Shown in pieces: positions 37,993 through 46,429 of a stretch of 63,556 nucleotides of DNA. Both the position numbers and the translations under genes were made by a program. The DNA is taken from the NCBI GenBank assembly GCA_001791745.1, contig MGFG01000009.1, positions 5,175 through 68,730 of the forward strand, written 5' to 3'. Origin of the DNA: Candidatus Uhrbacteria bacterium RIFOXYC2_FULL_47_19 (GTDB taxonomy: Bacteria; Patescibacteriota; Patescibacteriia; SG8-24). The notes under the pieces are model-generated. The model was not told the origin of the DNA, made no database searches, and worked only from the letters and a program-made list of their open reading frames with translations. The first letter of the stretch is position 1, and every line of letters starts with the position of its first letter.

Positions 37993-39408
37993 TTAGGCGA
38001 TTGTTTGGCGGGTCAGGATCACAATTGGTGTCTTGATCAGGATCGATAGGTCGAGCCAAGGTGACCAGTTTTCGATGTAGTAGGTATCAAGTCTGATCTC
38101 ATCTTCGAATGATAGATCACTTCGGCCGGAGACCTGTGCTAGGCCGGTGATTCCGGGTTTGATGGTGAAGACCCGCCGATGATGTTCTTTGTATTTTTCG
38201 ACCTCCTCCGGTAGATGTGGTCGTGGACCAACGAGCGACATATCACCCTTTAGTACCATAAATAGTTCAGGTAGTTCATCGATCGAGTATTTACGAATAA
38301 AGCGACCGACACGCGTGACACGCGGATCATCTTTGATTTTGACTAACGGTCCGTCTTTACGTGTGTTTAGTTCTGCTAATTCATCGTAGCGCAGAAAATG
38401 TTGGTCACGCTTCATTGACCTGAATTTTACGTAGGTGAATGGTCGTCCATTTTCGCCGATGCGTTTAACTATCGAACCATCAGGCAATTTCGAGAAGAAG
38501 ATCGTTCCCTTGGAGTCGATCTTGATGGCGATGGCTGTGATAATTAGGATGGGGGACACTAGGACGATGAGTAGAGCCGAAACAATAATATCGAAAATAC
38601 GTTTGAAGATGCGACCCCAGCCGTCGAGTCTAGTACTTCGGATTTCGACCACTGGCAATCCAGCAATATCGCCGATCTCTACACCACGAACCTGAGTTGC
38701 TAATAGGTCAGCGGTGTATTTGAAGGCTAATTGACGTGAACGGGCAAAAGCCAGGATGCGTGATAATTCATCGCGATCCGTTCCGGCTCCAATGACGATA
38801 ATTTCATCTAGTTGTCCAGATTTGGCTAATCGGTCGAGTTGCGACTTGGTTGCTCCGTCAAAGTGATCGAATCGACTAATCACCGAGAAGCCGAGGATTG
38901 GAAAACGACTGAAAGTCTCGGCTAATTTGTCGGCCGAACGCCGGTCGTCGTTAATAATAGCTACTCGATGTGTGCCAATGCCGTACTTGAGCAGTAATCG
39001 TTGGAGTAGACGGACGAAAATTCGACCACAGCCAACAAATAGAACAGCAAAAAACCAGACTGCCAGCACAATGAAACGTGATTCGAATAGTTCGCGGCGG
39101 AAAAAGATCAGGGCAATAGCGGTCATGATCGCTGTTGAGGACGACAAGAAAATTCGTGTCAGCTCAATGCGTAAACGGCGGGGGCCAGAGACGTTGTAGA
39201 GTCCTGCAAAGGCGAAAAATAGGACGAAAACTGAGGCTAGTCCGGTCAATAGTAGTAAGTAATCACTGAACGATATAGTTAGCACCACCGGACGGAAGTC
39301 AGTCAGCCAACCGAAGCGCAGGTTGTAGGCCGTGATTCCAGCCGCTAGTACCAGTAAGAAGTCGAACGGTACTAAGGCTGCAGTGAAGGCTAATTCTGTC
39401 CTTTTCAT
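37993..39408 (-). CDS. polyprenyl-phosphate sugar phosphotransferase (WbaP/exopolysaccharide initiating transferase family)
   Basis: N-terminal TM bundle plus C-terminal RIFDIIVS..., [31 protein letters not shown] motifs. 471 aa. Confidence 0.88.
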   Translation of the reverse strand: MKRTELAFTAALVPFDFLLVLAAGITAYNLRFGWLTDFRPVVLTISFSDYLLLLTGLASVFVLFFAFAGLYNVSGPRRLRIELTRIFLSSSTAIMTAIALIFFRRELFESRFIVLAVWFFAVLFVGCGRIFVRLLQRLLLKYGIGTHRVAIINDDRRSADKLAETFSRFPILGFSVISRFDHFDGATKSQLDRLAKSGQLDEIIVIGAGTDRDELSRILAFARSRQLAFKYTADLLATQVRGVEIGDIAGLPVVEIRSTRLDGWGRIFKRIFDIIVSALLIVLVSPILIITAIAIKIDSKGTIFFSKLPDGSIVKRIGENGRPFTYVKFRSMKRDQHFLRYDELAELNTRKDGPLVKIKDDPRVTRVGRFIRKYSIDELPELFMVLKGDMSLVGPRPHLPEEVEKYKEHHRRVFTIKPGITGLAQVSGRSDLSFEDEIRLDTYYIENWSPWLDLSILIKTPIVILTRQTIA

Positions 39409-39436
39409 AGCTAAATATTCTTGGTTTACAGCGGCT

Positions 39437-39800
39437 TTATTTTAGCGGGGAATTCGACTCGAAGCAACCGGAGTTTTGGTGGTGCTCTTGATTGATAGGA
39501 ACTCGCCTGCCCCCCGCAGCTCTACAAGAGCACGGGTGGTGGACGTTGTTAGAATCCTTGCTGTCGCTATTTAGCCCCCGAAGTTCCCCGAAGCACCGTC
39601 GCAATCGTCGGTGGTGTCGAAACAATGGAAAGAAAATGCTGGACGACGAATGCCCTGCATGAAATCTCAGAGAAAAGGTCACGACTGTTAAGGGGTCTGT
39701 ACGCACGACGACTTCACCAACGGTGACGTTTTTTGTGCCACGCCAATTGCACCATTGCAATCTAAAACCCGCCACCTTCCAGTGACGGGCCATTAAACAA
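39437..39800. ncRNA. candidate structured non-coding region (identity and strand unresolved)
   Basis: A 410-bp gap between two minus-strand genes. Its only ORF (118 aa) has an implausible composition. Long-range stem GTGCTCTTG...CAAGAGCAC plus several GC hairpins (CACCG..CGGTG; CGTCGTG...). Confidence 0.3.
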
Positions 39801-39820
39801 TTAGTGTAATGTGCAATACA

Positions 39821-40072
39821 CTAAGCAAGCTTTGAATGAACCTTCAGCCGCTTAACATCATCTTCGATACGCTTCACGCGTTCAATCGTAAAAAGCCTTT
39901 CTTGATCGAGGCATTCTAGCATCTGAGTATGCGCATCAAGAGTACTCATAACATCATCGAATCTCACATCCGCATATTCTTGTGAAGGTAGTTTGTCGAT
40001 TTTTTCGTCCAGTTCGATAAGCTTTTGTATGATCTTGTTCTCATTCATAGTGTTACTATCATAGTAAATCAT
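39821..40072 (-). CDS. hypothetical coiled-coil protein (83 aa or shorter)
   Basis: ORF with heptad-like charged composition. Start uncertain. Confidence 0.4.
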   Translation of the reverse strand: MIYYDSNTMNENKIIQKLIELDEKIDKLPSQEYADVRFDDVMSTLDAHTQMLECLDQERLFTIERVKRIEDDVKRLKVHSKLA

Positions 40073-40255
40073 GATGCTGGAGTCTATCGGAGAGCGACCT
40101 TATCGCATTAGTAATTAGTGTCAAATACTTCTGATTTGAATGCGGTTTTAGAACAAAACTGACCGTCATGGCGGTTAGTTTTTGTGTAGCAGCCGTCGGA
40201 GGCTTGACTTTAATGATCTTTTCGGCTACATTTGCCTGGTCCTAAGAGGGACATT

Positions 40256-40719
40256 ATGGCCGACCGGACGGTCGCCTTTGCCGCAAAAACAGGGTAAGGG
40301 AGGAAAGTCCGGACACCCCTCGAGCGGCAACGCCGAGGAAGCAGGTAGTCGCTAACGACGACCGGGAATAAGGTTTGACGGGCATTTCTCCTAGGAAACT
40401 GGAGAAGTCTCTGTCGGCCCCAAGCCTAGGGAAAGTGAAACAGAAAATACACCGCCCGAATCCTAGCGCAAGCAAGGATGAGGTCTTGAGTGGAGTCGAA
40501 AGACTTTCTCAAGCTGGGTAAGGTTGAAAACGTGGGGTAAGAGCCCACGCGGGACAGCCGTGTGAGCGGCGCCGTGGAAAACCCTGCCTGGTGCAAGAGC
40601 AAGTTTGGTAGCTCGCTAGAGGTCGTCGGCAACGACGATCCCAGATAGATGGCCGTCCGTCGTCAGATGTGCGTTTCGTGCGTCGGGCGACGACAGAATC
40701 CGGCTTACAGGTCGACCAT
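40256..40719 (+). ncRNA. rnpB: RNase P RNA (bacterial type A)
   Basis: GGGAGGAAAGTCCGGACACC (P4 5' strand), GGTAAGAGCCCACGC, ACAGAATCCGGCTTACAGGTCGACC (P4/P1 3' strands), and 5' GGCCGACC pairing with the 3' end. About 464 nt, so some helices are expanded relative to E. coli. Confidence 0.9.
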
Positions 40720-40728
40720 GAATCGTCG

Positions 40729-40756
40729 AAAAATCCGCCCTTCCGGGCGGTTTTTC
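40729..40756 (+). terminator. rho-independent terminator after rnpB
   Basis: CCGCCC ttcc GGGCGG TTTTT. Confidence 0.75.
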
Positions 40757-40794
40757 GTTATTGTACCCATCACTTTTTAGAATCGGAGGACTCG

Positions 40795-41673
40795 TTAGCC
40801 TAGTAGTCTAGCTAAACAGATCGACTTGTCCTTTGGTGATATTTTGTCATTAGACTTGATTCGTTCAGCCAATCTTCTTTTTATTTCTAGTAATGTTGGT
40901 GAATCAGTAAAGAGCAGAAGACGACCAATCAATGGGTGGATATTAATTTCGTCTTCTAGTGTCAGTAGAAAATCCACATCCTCTTGAGTCGCTGTTCGTT
41001 TGGGTGTAGTTGTCTTGGATTCACCGGACAATTTGGAGAGAGTTCGTTCTATCCTTTGGACGGCATTGATCGGCCGAGCCTGTTCAGATGGTTGTAATGG
41101 ACGAACTATATTGTTGAGGTCTGGCATGTGTTGAAGATGACTGTAAAGCAGGTCGATGGTTTGGGCTCGCTCGGCCAGTTCTCGTTTCATTTTTTTGGCC
41201 TGATTTGAGTTTAGTCGTCCAATGTTTTCTGCGAGCTGCAGCAGTGAGTAAAGATCGTTTTGTAGCTGACTCTCCAACTCTTTATGTAGTCTGCCCCGCA
41301 TAGTCTCGTCTCTTTCTTTGTTGGGCTTGTTTGAATTTGATTTTTTGAAATCATCAAGTTCAGTGATTAGTCGGTCAATTTTTTCCGGAGCGTATTTTTC
41401 AATACGCGAAAACAGGTCTTGTCTTATATTCCAGGCTGCCTCTGAATCGTTTTCTTCTAGAGCTGGCAGGAAGTCATTATTCCTAGTTTTGATTTCGTGT
41501 ATCAGACAGTCGGACAGTTCTATGTCTAGCACTTCTTTTAATTGTATTGTCTCTGTTTCCTCGGACGATGATGAGGATTCTCGGTAGGGGTGGCTCATAG
41601 GTAGGTCATTTTTTGGATTGACTACGATTGTCAGTTTCGTATTGATTGTAGATGTGGAAGCTCGTCTGGGCAA
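40795..41673 (-). CDS. hypothetical protein (up to 292 aa)
   Basis: Long ORF, charged and helical in composition. The track start is TTG; an internal ATG (MSHPYRE, 41598) is possible. Confidence 0.45.
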   Translation of the reverse strand: MPRRASTSTINTKLTIVVNPKNDLPMSHPYRESSSSSEETETIQLKEVLDIELSDCLIHEIKTRNNDFLPALEENDSEAAWNIRQDLFSRIEKYAPEKIDRLITELDDFKKSNSNKPNKERDETMRGRLHKELESQLQNDLYSLLQLAENIGRLNSNQAKKMKRELAERAQTIDLLYSHLQHMPDLNNIVRPLQPSEQARPINAVQRIERTLSKLSGESKTTTPKRTATQEDVDFLLTLEDEINIHPLIGRLLLFTDSPTLLEIKRRLAERIKSNDKISPKDKSICLARLLG

Positions 41674-41747
41674 AGATTCAAGGTTAGTGTTTTCTGTCGA
41701 ATTGGATAGTTGTTTCGAATATGAGTGACTTTTTTGGAAATTGGAAA

Positions 41748-41769
41748 CCCCGCACTTTACGGTGCGGGG
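41748..41769 (-). terminator. GC-rich hairpin downstream of the island-2 gene
   Basis: CCCCGCAC tttacg GTGCGGGG, followed on the minus strand by a T-rich tract. Confidence 0.5.
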
Positions 41770-41792
41770 CTAAGTCGGGTGGATTGTGTTGG

Positions 41793-42428
41793 TTAGTTGT
41801 ATTGGAGGGCGCGGCCAGCAGCGGCCGCGAGGTGGGTAGCGGGGTCGGAATCGACCCCGATTGGAATCTCGGTCCGGACCAGGTGGTCCGTACCGACAGT
41901 TCGAATGGTCACGGTCCGCACGGCACGAGCCGGCATGACCGTGAATCCGATTCCCCGCCAGCCAGTAGCTCCGGGCCGCGAGGAGACCGCAGCTTCGTAG
42001 ACCACGAAGCTCGTCTCGCAGGTCAGCTCCGGATGGGGGGAGCAGGTCACCACCGAGTTGTGCTCGGCAGCCGTGGCCATGAGCTCGGCCTGGGCGTCGG
42101 TGACACCCTCGACCGAGACTAAACCCTGATCTTCATGGCCGATGATCAGGGTGCCGGGAACGTCCGCGAGGACGTCCCATCCAGCGGGCAGAATCAGGTC
42201 CGCTCCGCCTTCGATGGCTGCCACCATGTAGACGGCGGCATTCGAGGTCAGGACGACCTCTTCCGGCCGGACGACCGGGTCGGAGGTGCTGGTGTCGGCA
42301 TTGAGCGCCGACACCACGATCTGCTGCTGCCCGATGGTCGAGCAGCCGACCAAGGTGTTCACCGCCAGGGCGGTAATCACGATGGCCGCAGCCGAGAACA
42401 GGCCCCGCAGGGCGTTTATTATCCCCAT
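41793..42428 (-). CDS. predicted lipoprotein encoded in a second high-GC island (211 aa)
   Basis: Signal peptide with lipobox ...AVNTLVGCS. ATG preceded by AGGAGGAGAG. G/C-rich third codon positions. Overlapping ORFs in other frames are artefacts. Confidence 0.6.
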   Translation of the reverse strand: MGIINALRGLFSAAAIVITALAVNTLVGCSTIGQQQIVVSALNADTSTSDPVVRPEEVVLTSNAAVYMVAAIEGGADLILPAGWDVLADVPGTLIIGHEDQGLVSVEGVTDAQAELMATAAEHNSVVTCSPHPELTCETSFVVYEAAVSSRPGATGWRGIGFTVMPARAVRTVTIRTVGTDHLVRTEIPIGVDSDPATHLAAAAGRALQYN

Positions 42429-42748
42429 CTCTCCTCCTCGGGCCCTCGTGGACCCACAAGGGCTGTTGCCTCTTTTCCAGCCCTGACTTCAAATGATCTG
42501 GTTATGTCAGGTCGATTAAAGTCAAAACTGGATCTTTTTTGATTTCGGTAACCATCTCAACATATCACAAAAAGAGCATTTTTGTCAATGATGATAGGAA
42601 ATGGTTTAGCCCTATTTCGCTAATTTAAGGCCTTATATGTCTAGCTATACTTTACTTTTTTGGCACCAACCTTAGTTTTAGGTCCAAACCCAGCAAAACA
42701 ACCAAAAACCGCCAGATTTTGGTCTGGCGGTTCTCTATAACCGTTTCC

Positions 42749-43819
42749 TTACCTGATCCCAATCGTCCGACGCACATCTTCCATGGTCTTCCGTGCCGTC
42801 TCTCGGGCGCGTTCGCCGCCGGCCGCAAAGATCTTCAGTACCCGGTCCGGGTCGGCCTCCAGCTCGCGTTTGCGTTTGCGGAAGTCGGCGAACCGTTCAG
42901 CGATTCGTTCAGCTAGGAGTGGTTTGAGTTCGCCGTAGCGGATCGGCTGGCTGTCGAGGATGGCCTGGGCCTCGCCTTCATGTCCAAACAGGCGCAATAA
43001 CCCGATCAGGTTCCAAACTCCGGCTTGTCCGCGCAATGTCTCCTCGTCCAGACCTCGTTCCTCTGGTAGTTTGGACAGCAATTTATCGAGTTCTTTTTCT
43101 GAGAGTGTTGTTCGTCCCTCGGTTTCGCTAACTGCTCCTTTAATCTTTTTTAAGATAACCTCAGGTGCATCGGCTAACGCTACATAGGATTTTTCACCCA
43201 GCGATTTGGACATTTTTTTGAGCGGATCGGTCAGCGAGCGTAGCTTGGGGGTGTCGGTCAGGTACGGTTCTGGTTCGGGGAAGTAGTCGACGCCGTACTT
43301 TCGGTTGTAGAATCGAGCAATGTCGCGAGTTAGTTCAACATGTTGAACTTGATCGCGTCCGACTGGCACCGCCTGACCATGATGGATCAAAATGTCTGCC
43401 GCTTGCAGTACCGGATAGTCCAGTAATCCTAGATTGATATTTTTATCTTGCTGACCGGATTTGTCCTTGAATTGTGTCATCCGTTCCAAAAATGACAGGG
43501 GAGTGAGGGTGTTGAAGATCCAGCACAGCTCGGTGTGTTCTGGTACGTCGGACTGGCAAAAGAGTGTACATTTGCCTGGATCTAGACCGACGGCCAGTAG
43601 TTCGGTCATCGTTTCTATGATCTGACAACGTTTGCCTTGAGGGTCATAATCACCGGAAAGGGAGTGGTAATCAGCTACAAAGAAAGAACATTCGAAGTTA
43701 GGGTCGTCTTGTAGCCGGACCCAGTTTTTGAGAGCACCAACCCAGTTGCCGAGATGAATTTGGCCCGAAGGCTGAATGCCAGAAATGAGTGTTTTGCGTT
43801 TGTTGTTTCCTGCTGTCAT
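42749..43819 (-). CDS. trpS: tryptophanyl-tRNA synthetase
   Basis: SGIQPSGQIHLGNWVGAL (HIGH-type), DQVQHVELTRDIA, KMSKS. 356 aa. Confidence 0.92.
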   Translation of the reverse strand: MTAGNNKRKTLISGIQPSGQIHLGNWVGALKNWVRLQDDPNFECSFFVADYHSLSGDYDPQGKRCQIIETMTELLAVGLDPGKCTLFCQSDVPEHTELCWIFNTLTPLSFLERMTQFKDKSGQQDKNINLGLLDYPVLQAADILIHHGQAVPVGRDQVQHVELTRDIARFYNRKYGVDYFPEPEPYLTDTPKLRSLTDPLKKMSKSLGEKSYVALADAPEVILKKIKGAVSETEGRTTLSEKELDKLLSKLPEERGLDEETLRGQAGVWNLIGLLRLFGHEGEAQAILDSQPIRYGELKPLLAERIAERFADFRKRKRELEADPDRVLKIFAAGGERARETARKTMEDVRRTIGIR

Positions 43820-43947
43820 ATGCGGGAAGTATAAGGTGGGGTGGCCGAAATGACAAAAAACTGACAGGAATGATCCGGTCAGTCTTTTGTTTAAGTGGTT
43901 CCTGGTTTGAAGATGAATGGGTGTGTGACTTTGATCAATGATCGAGT

Positions 43948-45843
43948 TTAGACTTCGATCAATACCGGAAGAACCATAGGTCGGCGTTTGGTTTCCTTGA
44001 ACAGAAGTGAACCAACTTCGTTACGAATTTTGCTTTTAATGAATTCCTCAAGGGCTGGGGTTCGACTATCTGCATCCTTAAGAATTTTTTTGACTTTGAT
44101 CCGAGCTTTCTCGACCAGTTCCTTACTCTCACGCATATAGATGAATCCACGTGAGATGATGTCTGGGGAGCTAACTAATGCTCCGGTTTTTTTGTCGATG
44201 GTCACAATAACCACAAACATTCCTTCATCGGCTAGTTGTACACGATCGCGTAGTACGACTTGTGAAACATCGCCGACACCGAGGCCGTCAACCATCACGT
44301 ACTCGGTCTGGACTTTTTCGTCGGTTAATCTAATACCTTCATTGCTGACTTCAAGCACCTGACCATTTTCGGCAACTAAGACGTTTTCTTTTGGTATGCC
44401 AACATCTCTACCTAGTTCTGCATGTGCTTCCAGCATGAAGCGATTACCATGAATAGGAATCAGGTATTTAGGCATGGTCAAACGCATCATTAACTTCAGA
44501 TCCTCTTGCTTAGCATGTCCGCCAGCGTGGACGTCGAGATTTTCGAAGTGATAGACCTTAGCGCCTTGTTTTACGAGTGTATCTTTGAGTGATTGAACAG
44601 TTCGTTCGTTGCCCGGAATGACCGACGAAGAAAAGATTACGCCATCACCCTTGCGTAGAGAAACAGTTCGATGTTCACCATTAGCTACCCTCATTAACAC
44701 AGCATTGCGTTCACCTTGCGCACCAGTACAGATGACCAATGCTTTGTGATCGGGCAATCGAAGAAAGTCTTGAGCCTCGATGATAGTACTGGGCTTGAAT
44801 TTCATGTAGCCCATCTCTTTGGCAATTTCGATATTGTTGTTCATTGAGCGACCTTCGATCAGTACTCGGCGATCATACTTTTCGGCCAGCTCAATAATTT
44901 GCCCTACCCGAGTTAGGAGTGACGAGAACGTACCAATAATTAGACGTCCTGGATGTTCGCGAATGATGCGTTCCATCTCTTTGCCGACTTGGCTTTCCGA
45001 AATTTGATGGCCTGGACTTGTAGCATTGGTCGAATCAGAAAGGAGTGCTAGTGCACCATTTAAACCAAACGAGGCAATATGCGTCAGATCAACCGGATCA
45101 TCATTTACTGGTGTGTAGTCAAATTTGAAGTCACCGGTACAAAGAATGGTTCCGTAAGGTGTATGAAGTGCCGCACCGAAAGCGTCAGATATATTGTGAT
45201 TGACATGGAATGGCTCGAAGACGAAGTGTCGACCGAGTTGAATTTTCTTTTCTGAAGTAACCAACTGGATCTTCAACTTACTGACCGTACCAAATTCCTC
45301 TTGTCGTTTTTTAATGATGCCGGCGGTGAGTGGAGCAGTGAAGATTGTCGGATAACCAAGTCGGCCAATAGTTAGGGGAATACCCCCAATGTGGTCCATG
45401 TGTCCGTGCGTTACAATGACGCCACGGATGTTTTTCTCCTTGCCTTTTAACGAAGAGATATCTGGGATGATGTAGTCGATACCCGGCATGCCTTCTTCTG
45501 GGAACATCAGTCCGATGTCGAGGATGATAATGTCGTCGCCGCACTCGAAAACAGTGCAATTGCGGCCAATCTCTTCGAGTCCGCCTAGAGCATAAATTCT
45601 GAGTTTGGGAGTGCCGGCTGGAGCTTGTGTTTGATGCACAACTTCGCGGCTTAAGGGTCCAACCCCAGGTTTCCTAGCCTGTGGCCCATTGGCTGCAGTA
45701 GTAGGAATAACACGTTGTGGTTGTGGTCCGCGACGTACGGAAGAGTGTCCCGATGGTGGTCGGCGGCGTCTCTGGTCGTGACCAGAGCGGCGCTGACTTT
45801 GATGTGATTCGGTCTGACCGGATGTCTTTTCTTTAGGAGTCAT
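43948..45843 (-). CDS. rnj: ribonuclease J with an Arg/Pro-rich N-terminal extension
   Basis: Metallo-beta-lactamase HGHMDHIGG, beta-CASP and C-terminal domain patterns. The first ~80 aa are low-complexity and basic. ATG 45843 chosen. Confidence 0.88.
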   Translation of the reverse strand: MTPKEKTSGQTESHQSQRRSGHDQRRRRPPSGHSSVRRGPQPQRVIPTTAANGPQARKPGVGPLSREVVHQTQAPAGTPKLRIYALGGLEEIGRNCTVFECGDDIIILDIGLMFPEEGMPGIDYIIPDISSLKGKEKNIRGVIVTHGHMDHIGGIPLTIGRLGYPTIFTAPLTAGIIKKRQEEFGTVSKLKIQLVTSEKKIQLGRHFVFEPFHVNHNISDAFGAALHTPYGTILCTGDFKFDYTPVNDDPVDLTHIASFGLNGALALLSDSTNATSPGHQISESQVGKEMERIIREHPGRLIIGTFSSLLTRVGQIIELAEKYDRRVLIEGRSMNNNIEIAKEMGYMKFKPSTIIEAQDFLRLPDHKALVICTGAQGERNAVLMRVANGEHRTVSLRKGDGVIFSSSVIPGNERTVQSLKDTLVKQGAKVYHFENLDVHAGGHAKQEDLKLMMRLTMPKYLIPIHGNRFMLEAHAELGRDVGIPKENVLVAENGQVLEVSNEGIRLTDEKVQTEYVMVDGLGVGDVSQVVLRDRVQLADEGMFVVIVTIDKKTGALVSSPDIISRGFIYMRESKELVEKARIKVKKILKDADSRTPALEEFIKSKIRNEVGSLLFKETKRRPMVLPVLIEV

Positions 45844-46059
45844 AGTTTTTTGTCGGTTCTGCTTTGGACGGGGGTCAGCAAAGGGACAAGCGTCCATCGC
45901 CGCATCGTTTCCGATTCGAAAGATATATCGTTGATTAAATTAGTCGGCGAAGATGTCGCCATATCACCAACGGAAAATTCCGTCAGTGGTTTACCTTTCG
46001 GCAGAATTGAGTAGGGGACAGAGAGGAGATTAATCCGCTATTCAACTTTTCCGAAAGAG

Positions 46060-46132
46060 TTTTTGTTTGTTCTACCGCTCCCGAGAGACCTATTTAGATG
46101 AGTCTGTCAGGAGTGGTGCCGCGGGTGGGATT
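46060..46132. repeat. 73-bp direct repeat, distal copy (tRNA-Leu 3'-end fragment plus 54 bp of flank)
   Basis: Identical to 46272-46344 except one position (T at 46091 vs C at 46303). Confidence 0.95.
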
Positions 46133-46271
46133 CTCTCCTCGCCCGTCCGAATGACGGGCTTCGTCACCTGGACAGCGCCGGACCCTGCACCAGTTCGGGT
46201 CCGTCGGCGCTCGCACGTTCGCGTCTGGACGGACGCTCACCGCTCGCTACTGTCCGTTCAAATCCCTCAAT

Positions 46272-46344
46272 TTTTTGTTTGTTCTACCGCTCCCGAGAGA
46301 CCCATTTAGATGAGTCTGTCAGGAGTGGTGCCGCGGGTGGGATT
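46272..46344. repeat. 73-bp direct repeat, proximal copy overlapping the 3' 19 nt of tRNA-Leu
   Basis: TTTTTGTTTGTTCTACCGCTCCCGAGAGACC(C/T)ATTTAGATGAGTCTGTCAGGAGTGGTGCCGCGGGTGGGATT. Confidence 0.95.
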
Positions 46345-46412
46345 TGAACCCACACGGAGTTGCCCCCACTAGCTCCTGAAGCTAGCGTGTCTGCCAGTTT
46401 CACCACCGCGGC
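46326..46412 (-). tRNA. tRNA-Leu (anticodon CAG), class II with long variable arm, CCA encoded
   Basis: Minus strand: acceptor GCCGCGG/CCGCGGC, anticodon arm CTAGC-TTCAGGA-GCTAG, long variable arm, T arm GTGGG-TTCAAAT-CCCAC. 87 nt. Confidence 0.92.
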
Positions 46413-46429
46413 ATTTTTTGTTCCTGGGA

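Noticed and set aside
39437-39800. tmRNA (ssrA), suggested by the plus-strand GGGGAATTCGAC.
   Set aside because: I find no T-arm (GGTTCGAATCC-like) or acceptor 3' strand ending in ACCA on either strand. There is no convincing tag reading frame ending in ...AA-stop. A permuted tmRNA cannot be excluded without a covariance-model search.
41721-42542. Overlapping plus- and minus-strand ORFs across island 2.
   Set aside because: The same high-GC artefact applies. Only the minus-strand lipoprotein ORF has an SD, a signal peptide with lipobox, and a terminator.
46133-46271. Plus-strand tRNA-like T-loop string GTCCGTTCAAATCCC in the GC-rich insert.
   Set aside because: The flanking bases do not form a T-stem, and no acceptor or anticodon arms can be drawn. 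At most it is a degraded fragment.
46067-46309. 80-aa plus-strand ORF spanning the tRNA-Leu-associated repeat and GC-rich insert.
   Set aside because: It starts inside one repeat copy and ends in the other, has no RBS, and its composition reflects the GC-rich insert. A non-coding explanation fits better.
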